Shown: one piece after another, positions 7,760 to 15,592 of the stretch
How positions within the stretch are numbered: position 1 is the stretch's first letter
How the letters are laid out: every line of letters begins with the position of its first letter
Virus record (IMG/VR): IMGVR_UViG_3300017589_000080
Coordinates: 1-64,000 of that record
DNA: 64,000 nucleotides
Direction: 5' to 3' (one strand)
From: a virus
Taxonomy: Duplodnaviria; Caudoviricetes
Notes under the pieces: generated by a model
What the model saw: the letters and a program-made list of their open reading frames with translations, nothing else
The model's database searches: none
Told to the model about the DNA's origin: nothing
Made by a program: the position numbers and the translations under genes

Positions 7760-8455
7760 ATGAAAATTATTGATAAAAGTAAGGTTCTTAAAGAAAACTC
7801 TGGTAGCTATGATTTAGTCTCTCGTTTTGAAGAGATAATGTCTGAGATTGCTGATCTTGTTGATGAGGCATATAATATAACATATGCTAGTCAAGATAGT
7901 ATGAATGCAGAAAGATCTAAATCATACTGGTATGCCACAATGCTTGGAAATATTGGTGGCGACTATTCTAATGGATACTCTGGCAGTATGTTTAATATGA
8001 ATGATGTCTTACGAGACATGGAAAATGGTGGAGAAGAATTCGACGATGAGGACTATGATCTAAGACCAGGTTTTGAAGAGTCTAAACAAAGAAGCGTTAA
8101 AATTACTGAGAAAAGTAAAGTTGCTAAAGAAGAATTCAATCCTGAAGAATTCATTGGTTCTGGTATGAGACAACAATTAATAGATGAAGATGGGTTTGTA
8201 GATGATGAAGGTACATTAATTTATGAAAATGACTTTTTACTATTAACAATAACGCCATATAAAAATGGTCTTGTTAATATGGAATTTGACCGTCTTAGTG
8301 AGAATGATGATGTTTATAGCACTGAGAATGGAAAACCTTGGAAATTAATTGATGCATTAAAATTTTGTCATAATTTTGTAAGAAGATATGAAAACGATGA
8401 TTATCCTGAAGAACTTATAGAAGTTCTTGAGTACAACCATATTAAAGCATTATAA
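7760..8455 (+). CDS. two-unit acidic protein with duplicated leader; C-terminal unit paralogous to 3291..3665
   Basis: MKIIDKSKVLKE at the N-terminus and VKITEKSKVAKE internally; LIYENDFL...DRLSEND...ALKF...RYE...ELIE.L shared with 3291. Confidence 0.8.
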   Translation: MKIIDKSKVLKENSGSYDLVSRFEEIMSEIADLVDEAYNITYASQDSMNAERSKSYWYATMLGNIGGDYSNGYSGSMFNMNDVLRDMENGGEEFDDEDYDLRPGFEESKQRSVKITEKSKVAKEEFNPEEFIGSGMRQQLIDEDGFVDDEGTLIYENDFLLLTITPYKNGLVNMEFDRLSENDDVYSTENGKPWKLIDALKFCHNFVRRYENDDYPEELIEVLEYNHIKAL

Positions 8456-8462
8456 TTATTTA

Positions 8463-8515
8463 GCTGTTTTATTATTCTTTTAACGTTGTTAACTGTGTAA
8501 GTCGAAATACTTAAA
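8463..8515 (+). promoter_or_regulatory. conserved intergenic element A, copy 3
   Basis: GCTGTTTTATTATTCTTTTAACGTTGTTAACTGTGTAAGTCGAAATACTTAAA. Confidence 0.8.
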
Positions 8516-8533
8516 ATAATGGAGGTTTATACA

Positions 8534-8683
8534 GTGAACGTTAAAGAAGAAACGAAAGCTTTTAATTGTGAAGGGTGTTTTTATCTTGATCACTTTGAAG
8601 AAATGAAAGAAGACATCTGCTCAAAATGTGTCAAGGAACATGAAGAAAAATCTGCTAAGGATAATGGTGATGATAATGAGTAA
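8534..8683 (+). CDS. small CxxC/CxxC zinc-binding protein (49 aa)
   Basis: SD GGAGG, GTG start; CEGC...CSKC; overlaps ATG 8676; missed by the ORF track. Confidence 0.6.
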   Translation: MNVKEETKAFNCEGCFYLDHFEEMKEDICSKCVKEHEEKSAKDNGDDNE

Positions 8684-9749
8684 GTTTGAACTAAGTATCT
8701 CTAGCAATTATGTTCCTGACTGGACAGTAGTGGATGCAGTAAGAGAGATTTATCAAAATGCTTTAGATGAAGAAGTTCAAAATGATCGGAGTAAATTGGT
8801 GTTTGAGTATGATAAGTTTAATAAAATCATTACAATAACAAACACCAATTCAACTCTTGATATTAGATCTCTTCTTCTTGGTAAAACTGATAAAAGACAG
8901 AACGATGAATTGATTGGTAATCATGGTGAAGGATATAAAATTGCTTCATTGGTTCTTCTAAGACTTGGAAAGACAGTTACAGTCTTCAATGGTGACAAAG
9001 AAGTTTGGAAACCAAGACTTGTAAAGACAAGAAGATTCAAAGGAGAACAGGTTTTAACGTTCTTTACAGAGAGTACCGCTATCAGAGATAACGATGTTAA
9101 GTTCATAATCGGTGGTATCACTGAGTTTGATTATCAAGATATTGTTAAAAGCAATCTCAATCTTCAGGACATACCAGAATCTGATATGAAACATACAGTT
9201 AACGGCACAGTTCTTACAGATGATAAGTACAAAGGTAATCTTTATATCTCAGGCTTATTTGTCTGTCATAATAAAATGTTATCTGGTGGGTATAATTACA
9301 AACCAGGACATATTAAACTTGATCGAGATAGAAGAGTTATCACAGACTTCGATGTCAAGTATGAGACATCAAGAATTATTGCTTCAAGCGATGATAAGGA
9401 TTTTATTGTCTCAATGCTATGTGAAAAAGAATCTGTCTATGTTGGATATCACATGCAGCCAGATATGATACAAGAGGTCTCACAGCATTACTTTGATCTA
9501 TACAATGGATCAGAAACAATTGTAACATCTGACAGCAGTCTACATACAAAATGTTTGAAAGATGGTGTTAAATCTGTCTTGGTGGCTGAAGGTGTATCAG
9601 AGATTCTTAATAAGTCTGACCTCAAATTTAAAGAGTATGTTGAATCCAAGTCAACAAGAGTGATGATGGAAGAGCTAATAAGTAAAATCGAAGATAAGCT
9701 AACTGAAGATGAACTATTGGAAGCTAATCTTATCTTAAGAAGACTATAA
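8676..9749 (+). CDS. GHKL (HSP90-like/HATPase) ATPase
   Basis: N box AVREIYQNALD and G boxes LLLGKTDK...IGNHGEGYKIA; the probable start MSKFELSIS at 8676 overlaps the preceding small ORF. Confidence 0.85.
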   Translation: MSKFELSISSNYVPDWTVVDAVREIYQNALDEEVQNDRSKLVFEYDKFNKIITITNTNSTLDIRSLLLGKTDKRQNDELIGNHGEGYKIASLVLLRLGKTVTVFNGDKEVWKPRLVKTRRFKGEQVLTFFTESTAIRDNDVKFIIGGITEFDYQDIVKSNLNLQDIPESDMKHTVNGTVLTDDKYKGNLYISGLFVCHNKMLSGGYNYKPGHIKLDRDRRVITDFDVKYETSRIIASSDDKDFIVSMLCEKESVYVGYHMQPDMIQEVSQHYFDLYNGSETIVTSDSSLHTKCLKDGVKSVLVAEGVSEILNKSDLKFKEYVESKSTRVMMEELISKIEDKLTEDELLEANLILRRL

Positions 9750-9765
9750 ACAAGAAAGGGAATGT

Positions 9766-11907
9766 ATGAACGAGTTATCAAAAGACATATTATCGAGACT
9801 ATCTCCTGAAGAACATGCATTAACATTAAAGATTCTTAATGAAATGTCTAGTAATGGTAATTCAGATACTCTTAATGCTTTGTACAAAGAGGATTACGAT
9901 GAAATTCCTGTAGACATTGATACTTTTATCTCTGATGAGAAGTATCTTGGTAAGTCTACAAAAGGTGGGACAAGAATCTGGCCATATTGGAGACAAGCTC
10001 AGAGAGAAATCTTTGAACCTGATAAAGATGGTCAGATGAAATTCCAGCAAGTTATCTTAACAGGATCTATCGGGATTGGTAAGAGTCAGAATGCAGTTAT
10101 TGGATTAGCATATGTTCTATATAAGTTGTTATGTTTGAAAGATCCTCAAGAATACTATGAATTAGTTTCTGGATCTGAAATCGTAATAGCTTTCTTTAAT
10201 GCCACCTTGGATTTATCAAGTGGTGTTGGTTTCACATCATTACAGAATATCTTACAGGAATCACCATGGTTTATGGAGAGAGGTAAGATTATTGGAACAA
10301 AGAATAAAGAGTATGTTCCTAATAAGAATATAAGATTTAAAGTTGGTTCACAAGCCAGTCATGGTATTGGACAACATATCTTTGCAGGGATGCTCGATGA
10401 AGTCAACTTCGTTAAAGGATCGAATGTACATGTTGAACAGTCAAAGATAATGGATATCTACTCAGGAGTTCTTGAAAGAATGAAATCTCGATTTATGAGA
10501 AAAGGTAGATTGCCTGGAGTTCTGTTCTTAGTATCTTCAAAGAAATCTGAGCATGACTTTCTTGAAACTTATGTACAGAAACAAAAGCATAGAGAAGATG
10601 TTTATATAGTAGACAAGCCATTATGGGATGTTAAGCCTTCAAGAACATATAGTGGTAAATGGTTCGATTTAGCAGTTGGTAATGTTTATCAACCATCTAA
10701 AATTGTAAATGTTGGAGAAGACTTAGATGCACTGAAGACACAAGGATATGAAATCATACAGGTTCCAATAGAGCATTATGAAGAGTTTGTACTGGATATA
10801 GATAAGGCTTTAATGAATATCGCTGGTATCTCTATCTCACATTACACTCGATTTATCTCTTATGAGAGTATCAGTGGTTGTTATTGTCCTGACAAGAACC
10901 CATTTACTTCAGCAATTCTTGTCATCGGGTTCAAAGATACAATGTCTATTAAGGACTTTTATAAACCGAAACTTGTATCTGAAGAAATCTACACTAAACC
11001 AATATTTATCCACATTGATACATCACTAACAGGTGATATAACTGGTATTGGTGCTGTTGCTGTTATGGGATATAAATATGTAAATCATTATGACATCAAT
11101 GAAGGAACAGTTGTCCCAACGAAAGAAATACTGTATAAACATCTTTTCTCTGTTGGTATAAAAGCACCAGCAGGATCAGAAATATCGTTCCAGAAAACAA
11201 GAGAGTTCATCTATTATCTTAAGTATGTTTTAGAATACAATATTATTGCAACATCTCTAGATGGTTATCAATCTGCAGATAGTAAGCAACAGTTAATTGT
11301 CGCTGGATTTCAAGATTCAACAATTGTATCTCTTGATAGAAAGCCTGACGGATATCTAGTTCTTAAGTCAGCAATGAATGAGAAAAGAATTGCAATGTTA
11401 GATATCCCTGAGCTAGAACTTGAAGCAGTTAATCTTGAAAGAGATAATATAACTGGTAAAGTCGATCATAAGATAGATGGTTCTAAGGATTTAATGGATG
11501 GTCTTGCAGGAGCAATTTATAATGCATCACTGCACGAAGCAAAACTCAACTTATACCAATCAGAATTTGCAGAGTCTTTCATTGAATATAATGATGACAG
11601 TGAAGTCTACGATGTAAGAGAGAATTTATTACACAATCTTACAATAAGTCCAAGAAGACAAGAAGTTGATCTTGTTCTGGATGATGATAAAAGTGAAGAT
11701 GAGGATAAAACTCTGAAAGAGATATTGCAGGAACACATAAAAGATATAAAGAGTGAATCTTTGTTGGAAAATACTAAGAGTCTTACACCAGATGAAATTG
11801 AAAGAATCAAATTTAAGAATTCTAAGAATATGTTTAATGCATTGAAAATAGACAGTAGTACTTTAGAAGATCTTTTTGATGATCCTGACGATTTAATAAT
11901 GATGTAA
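9766..11907 (+). CDS. terL: terminase large subunit
   Basis: Walker A LTGSIGIGKS, Walker B GMLDEVN, LVSSK motif III, RNase H-like nuclease IHIDTSLTGD...SLDGYQS...DHKIDGSKDLMD; acidic C-terminal tail. Confidence 0.93.
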   Translation: MNELSKDILSRLSPEEHALTLKILNEMSSNGNSDTLNALYKEDYDEIPVDIDTFISDEKYLGKSTKGGTRIWPYWRQAQREIFEPDKDGQMKFQQVILTGSIGIGKSQNAVIGLAYVLYKLLCLKDPQEYYELVSGSEIVIAFFNATLDLSSGVGFTSLQNILQESPWFMERGKIIGTKNKEYVPNKNIRFKVGSQASHGIGQHIFAGMLDEVNFVKGSNVHVEQSKIMDIYSGVLERMKSRFMRKGRLPGVLFLVSSKKSEHDFLETYVQKQKHREDVYIVDKPLWDVKPSRTYSGKWFDLAVGNVYQPSKIVNVGEDLDALKTQGYEIIQVPIEHYEEFVLDIDKALMNIAGISISHYTRFISYESISGCYCPDKNPFTSAILVIGFKDTMSIKDFYKPKLVSEEIYTKPIFIHIDTSLTGDITGIGAVAVMGYKYVNHYDINEGTVVPTKEILYKHLFSVGIKAPAGSEISFQKTREFIYYLKYVLEYNIIATSLDGYQSADSKQQLIVAGFQDSTIVSLDRKPDGYLVLKSAMNEKRIAMLDIPELELEAVNLERDNITGKVDHKIDGSKDLMDGLAGAIYNASLHEAKLNLYQSEFAESFIEYNDDSEVYDVRENLLHNLTISPRRQEVDLVLDDDKSEDEDKTLKEILQEHIKDIKSESLLENTKSLTPDEIERIKFKNSKNMFNALKIDSSTLEDLFDDPDDLIMM

Positions 11908-11908
11908 C

Positions 11909-11962
11909 GATGTTTTTATTTAGTTTCAACGTTGTTAATTATGTAAGTAGGAAATACTTAAA
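11909..11962 (+). promoter_or_regulatory. conserved intergenic element A, copy 4
   Basis: GATGTTTTTATTTAGTTTCAACGTTGTTAATTATGTAAGTAGGAAATACTTAAA. Confidence 0.8.
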
Positions 11963-11976
11963 TAATGGAGGACGAA

Positions 11977-12366
11977 ATGAAACAACAAACATACACTAAG
12001 AAGTATAATGAGAAGACAAAATTATATGTTGTAAGCTGTGATGGAGTATTCGCTGGAAATGCCAGAACGTTGGAAGAAGCTGACGAGGTTATCAAAGATG
12101 ATGTCTTAGAAAAGCTTGGAGAAGTCAGAAGAGATTATCCTGAATACAATGTTGACTTTGAGAACATTCTAGCATACTTATACCAGAACACATCAAGTGG
12201 AATCATGTACTACTGTCGTGATGGGAGTCCTTTTGTGGAAGCCAACTTATTAAAGATGACTACTGAAGAAGCTTTAGCTCTGGCTCATAAATTTAATAAA
12301 TTTGATATTAATGATCCTAAGAATTCTGATCGTAATGTTTGGAAGGTTGGATATATTAAAAAGTAA
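11977..12366 (+). CDS. hypothetical protein
   Basis: SD GGAGG at 11967 favours ATG 11977. Confidence 0.75.
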   Translation: MKQQTYTKKYNEKTKLYVVSCDGVFAGNARTLEEADEVIKDDVLEKLGEVRRDYPEYNVDFENILAYLYQNTSSGIMYYCRDGSPFVEANLLKMTTEEALALAHKFNKFDINDPKNSDRNVWKVGYIKK

Positions 12367-12482
12367 TATCAAAGACATTGAATTAGCTTATAATCGCTTG
12401 ATTTAAACGTGTTAATAAGTTTATTGAACAAGCGTTAGGTGCTAAAATAAAAGATGCTTAAAGTCAAATTTATTAAAAGGAA

Positions 12483-12908
12483 ATGGTAATGAAAAATTAT
12501 TTAAACAAGGCTGACACTGATTGCATTATGATTATTTCTGGTCTATACAGAAGATTAGAACAGAAGCTAAGATTACAAACTGACATTGACAAGGAAGAAA
12601 AGAAGTACTTAAGTTTTGTTAAGACATACTGTTTAAAACATATTGACTTTATCTCAAATAATCTTGCTGAAAACGAGCTTAAGAAACTCTTAAAGTATAA
12701 TGAGAATTATGAAGTTAATGTTACAGCTAAGGGTTCAACAAGATTCAATGCTAAAGATTATGATAATCTTAGAAACTATGTTATTGCTGATAAATGCAAT
12801 AATTGTAATGGTGAATTGAAACTTAGTTGTGAACTTAGGAATATCTTAAGTGGGTATGATGAAAATGAAACTGATAAGTGCAAATTCTGTAAGATAGAGG
12901 TGGCTTAA
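12483..12908 (+). CDS. Cys-rich hypothetical protein (possibly DUF5651-like)
   Basis: MKNYLN start region; C-terminal CNNC...C...CKFC. Confidence 0.65.
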   Translation: MVMKNYLNKADTDCIMIISGLYRRLEQKLRLQTDIDKEEKKYLSFVKTYCLKHIDFISNNLAENELKKLLKYNENYEVNVTAKGSTRFNAKDYDNLRNYVIADKCNNCNGELKLSCELRNILSGYDENETDKCKFCKIEVA

Positions 12909-13105
12909 TGAAGAGATCATATATTATAGTTATGAGAGATAGAAGTTATCAAGAAGTCTATGGCAGTCTTAAAAACGTTTTACTGTATGCTAATAGTAAT
13001 TACGAAAATAAATGGGACTTCTTGTGTAAGCGTAAGCTTATTTCATTTAAAGGATATGGATCTTTTCCATATAATGATAAGATTGGAGATAAAGTTGTGC
13101 TTTAA
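12908..13105 (+). CDS. hypothetical protein
   Basis: TAATG coupling; 65 aa. Confidence 0.6.
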   Translation: MKRSYIIVMRDRSYQEVYGSLKNVLLYANSNYENKWDFLCKRKLISFKGYGSFPYNDKIGDKVVL

Positions 13106-13129
13106 AAATAAAATTAGGTTGGTAGACAT

Positions 13130-14440
13130 ATGGACATAAGAGTTGTAGGCAGAGATATCTGTGCCGATGATATTAATATATTTGAGATCACTAATGATGG
13201 TCTTGAATATATTAATTTTATTTTTGACCGTTATTCTGATGGTGTAGATCTATCAACTAGATTTGCATTTATTGTGTATAGACTTTCAACGGAGGTCTTG
13301 GTTGAACCTTTAATATTCGTAACATCTAACAGTGATACTGTAACTGTTAAATGGGGTATCGGAAAATCATTAACCAAGAACTTTGGAAGGTTTGAATTCA
13401 ATTTAACCTTTATTGAATCTGACAATATAAATATTGTTCTAGTCGATGAAAGTGCATGGTCAACAAGACTTAGTCATTTTGATATAATGCACGATGGTTC
13501 AGAACATGTAAATGATTTAGACCTAACTTTCTTAGTTAACAATGATACTGTTACTTATGTAAATTGTGACTATGATGGAAACCCTGATATTGGATGGGAA
13601 GATGCAAGTGTAAATACTTTATCTCTTCTTAGGAATGGCATAAAGATGGTACCTGTTCCAGAAGATGCGACAGAAGTATTATACAATCAATTTAAATACA
13701 AGATATCTTCATCAGTAAGGTGTACAGGAGAAAGAGTTAGCAACAGTTCTTTTAAATGTGTTTATCTTACTGAAGACAGTGGTTATCTTAATATCGATGT
13801 AACTGTATTAGAAGGTACAACGAGAAAGATCTTTAGGTTTGTAAAGTACAAGAAAAATAAACCTGGAGAAAGTTCTAAGACCTTATCTATTATTGGTACA
13901 TCTGTTTTTAAGTATAACAAAGACAATTTCCTTATTGCAGAGCCAAGTACAATAATTCTTACAGCTCTAATGCAGAATACTAACATGGGATATTGGATGT
14001 ACAAGAATATAGATGGTATCTATAATATTTTCTATCCTTCTCAGAATAATGATACATTAGAAATAGCACATGACTCTCCAATCTTTGTAGATAATAGTGT
14101 TACTCTAAGAGCTGTCGATTCTTCAGGAACTGCTGCAGACATCTTTACAATTAGTAAATTATTTGATGGTGAAGATAATTACAGATTAGAGATTATCTCC
14201 TCAAAAGGAAATATCTTTAAGAATGGCGATATTGAAACAATTCTTACAGCTGTGGCTTATAAAGGAGACATTGATGTAACAGATACACTTAATATGACAA
14301 GTTTTAGATGGTTAAGATCATCAAAGGATCAAGAGTCAGATGATCTGTGGAATGCTGCACATGCAGGTGGAACGAAGACAATAAATATAACGACAAATGA
14401 CGTTCTTGGAAGAGCATCATTTACATGTGTACTAACTTAA
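13130..14440 (+). CDS. BppU-like fibre/baseplate-upper protein with Ig-like C-terminal module
   Basis: DRYSDGVDLS N-terminus (BppU-like); C-terminal SSKGNIFKNG...LTA module shared with the next two genes. Confidence 0.65.
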   Translation: MDIRVVGRDICADDINIFEITNDGLEYINFIFDRYSDGVDLSTRFAFIVYRLSTEVLVEPLIFVTSNSDTVTVKWGIGKSLTKNFGRFEFNLTFIESDNINIVLVDESAWSTRLSHFDIMHDGSEHVNDLDLTFLVNNDTVTYVNCDYDGNPDIGWEDASVNTLSLLRNGIKMVPVPEDATEVLYNQFKYKISSSVRCTGERVSNSSFKCVYLTEDSGYLNIDVTVLEGTTRKIFRFVKYKKNKPGESSKTLSIIGTSVFKYNKDNFLIAEPSTIILTALMQNTNMGYWMYKNIDGIYNIFYPSQNNDTLEIAHDSPIFVDNSVTLRAVDSSGTAADIFTISKLFDGEDNYRLEIISSKGNIFKNGDIETILTAVAYKGDIDVTDTLNMTSFRWLRSSKDQESDDLWNAAHAGGTKTINITTNDVLGRASFTCVLT

Positions 14441-14458
14441 AGAAAGAGGTAAATTTTT

Positions 14459-15580
14459 ATGGCTAAGGCAACAGGACAGATAACAATAATTGATTATAAT
14501 GATGCACTCTCATTAACTGGTTTTATTGGTTCAAGTCATCCGAAGACACAACAATACAATCCAGATAATGGTCAGTACATCCCATCATGGGATACAGCAA
14601 CAGCTCCAGCAGGAGTTAATCTAATACTTACACCATCATTGTTTATTCTCGGAACGTCTTCAGATATTATTTCTGATGCAAATATCCAGAGTATTCAGTG
14701 GTTCGAAGTTAACTCAGGAACTGAGACAGCAATACTTGGATCTACAACAAATTATACAGCAAGTGCTTTAAATGGAAAGTCACCAATAACTTTAACAGTT
14801 AAAAAGAATGTACTGGCTGGACTAACTGGTAAAGACTTTATCTGTAAGATTGTTTACAGAGATCCAACGACTCTTCTTGACTTGGTTTATAAGACAAGCT
14901 TATCAATGAACAGAGTTGTTAATGGTGGTGGTATTGCAGATGCAGTAGCATGGTGTCCAGATGGTAACATATTTAAAAATACATCAGTTGCAACAATAAG
15001 AGCAACCTGTGACTTCTGGAGAGGTTCCTTAATTGACTCTTCATTGGTTGGTTTCCAATGGTTTGTTCAAGATCCTTCAATAACAAATTTATCTGGAGCA
15101 ACTCTTTACGATGCTGGGGCAGGAGAAGGATGGAGAAAACTTGCTGACGTTTCCAATAGTATTACAGGAACAGGAACAAGCAGTATGTTAGTATATAATT
15201 CATTTGTTCAGAACATGTCAGTCTTCAAAGTTAAAGTCTCAGATAATGATTCAACAACAAATCAGGTAACCCAATTTTATTATGATACAGTTGTTATAGT
15301 TGATCAATCAGATCTAATTCAACTCAGTGTCATGAGTTCTGGTGGGGATATCTTTAAGAACGGAGTTGGACCAACAACTTTAACTGCAAAAGTATTTAGA
15401 GCAGGTACGGATATTACATCAACTTTTGCTGCATCAAGTTATAGGTGGTATAAGTATAATAAACTTGGCAATCTTGTAACACTTTGGGGTACAACAGTTG
15501 ATTATAAAACTGGATATTCTTTAGTTGTTGATGCAAATGATGTTGATATCAAAGCAACATTTATTTGTGAATTAATCTAA
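14459..15580 (+). CDS. tail fibre/structural protein with GxIFKN Ig-like repeats
   Basis: MAKATGQITIID N-terminus paralogous to 15593; two GxIFKN modules. Confidence 0.75.
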   Translation: MAKATGQITIIDYNDALSLTGFIGSSHPKTQQYNPDNGQYIPSWDTATAPAGVNLILTPSLFILGTSSDIISDANIQSIQWFEVNSGTETAILGSTTNYTASALNGKSPITLTVKKNVLAGLTGKDFICKIVYRDPTTLLDLVYKTSLSMNRVVNGGGIADAVAWCPDGNIFKNTSVATIRATCDFWRGSLIDSSLVGFQWFVQDPSITNLSGATLYDAGAGEGWRKLADVSNSITGTGTSSMLVYNSFVQNMSVFKVKVSDNDSTTNQVTQFYYDTVVIVDQSDLIQLSVMSSGGDIFKNGVGPTTLTAKVFRAGTDITSTFAASSYRWYKYNKLGNLVTLWGTTVDYKTGYSLVVDANDVDIKATFICELI

Positions 15581-15592
15581 AAGGAGATAGAG

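Noticed and set aside
9766-11907. Intein or group I intron in terL
   Set aside because: ATPase and nuclease motifs are normally spaced with no C...HN/[CST] block; the extra length is an acidic C-terminal tail.
3205-11962. CRISPR or mini-array reading of element A copies
   Set aside because: Copies are 1.8-3.5 kb apart, separated by whole genes, and degenerate; no 30-40 bp spacer periodicity and no cas genes.
12367-12482. Fifth copy of element A (AAACGTGTTAATAAGT) within a CGCTTG/CAAGCG inverted repeat
   Set aside because: Only a short core matches and the spacing is broken; cannot be distinguished from chance in AT-rich DNA.
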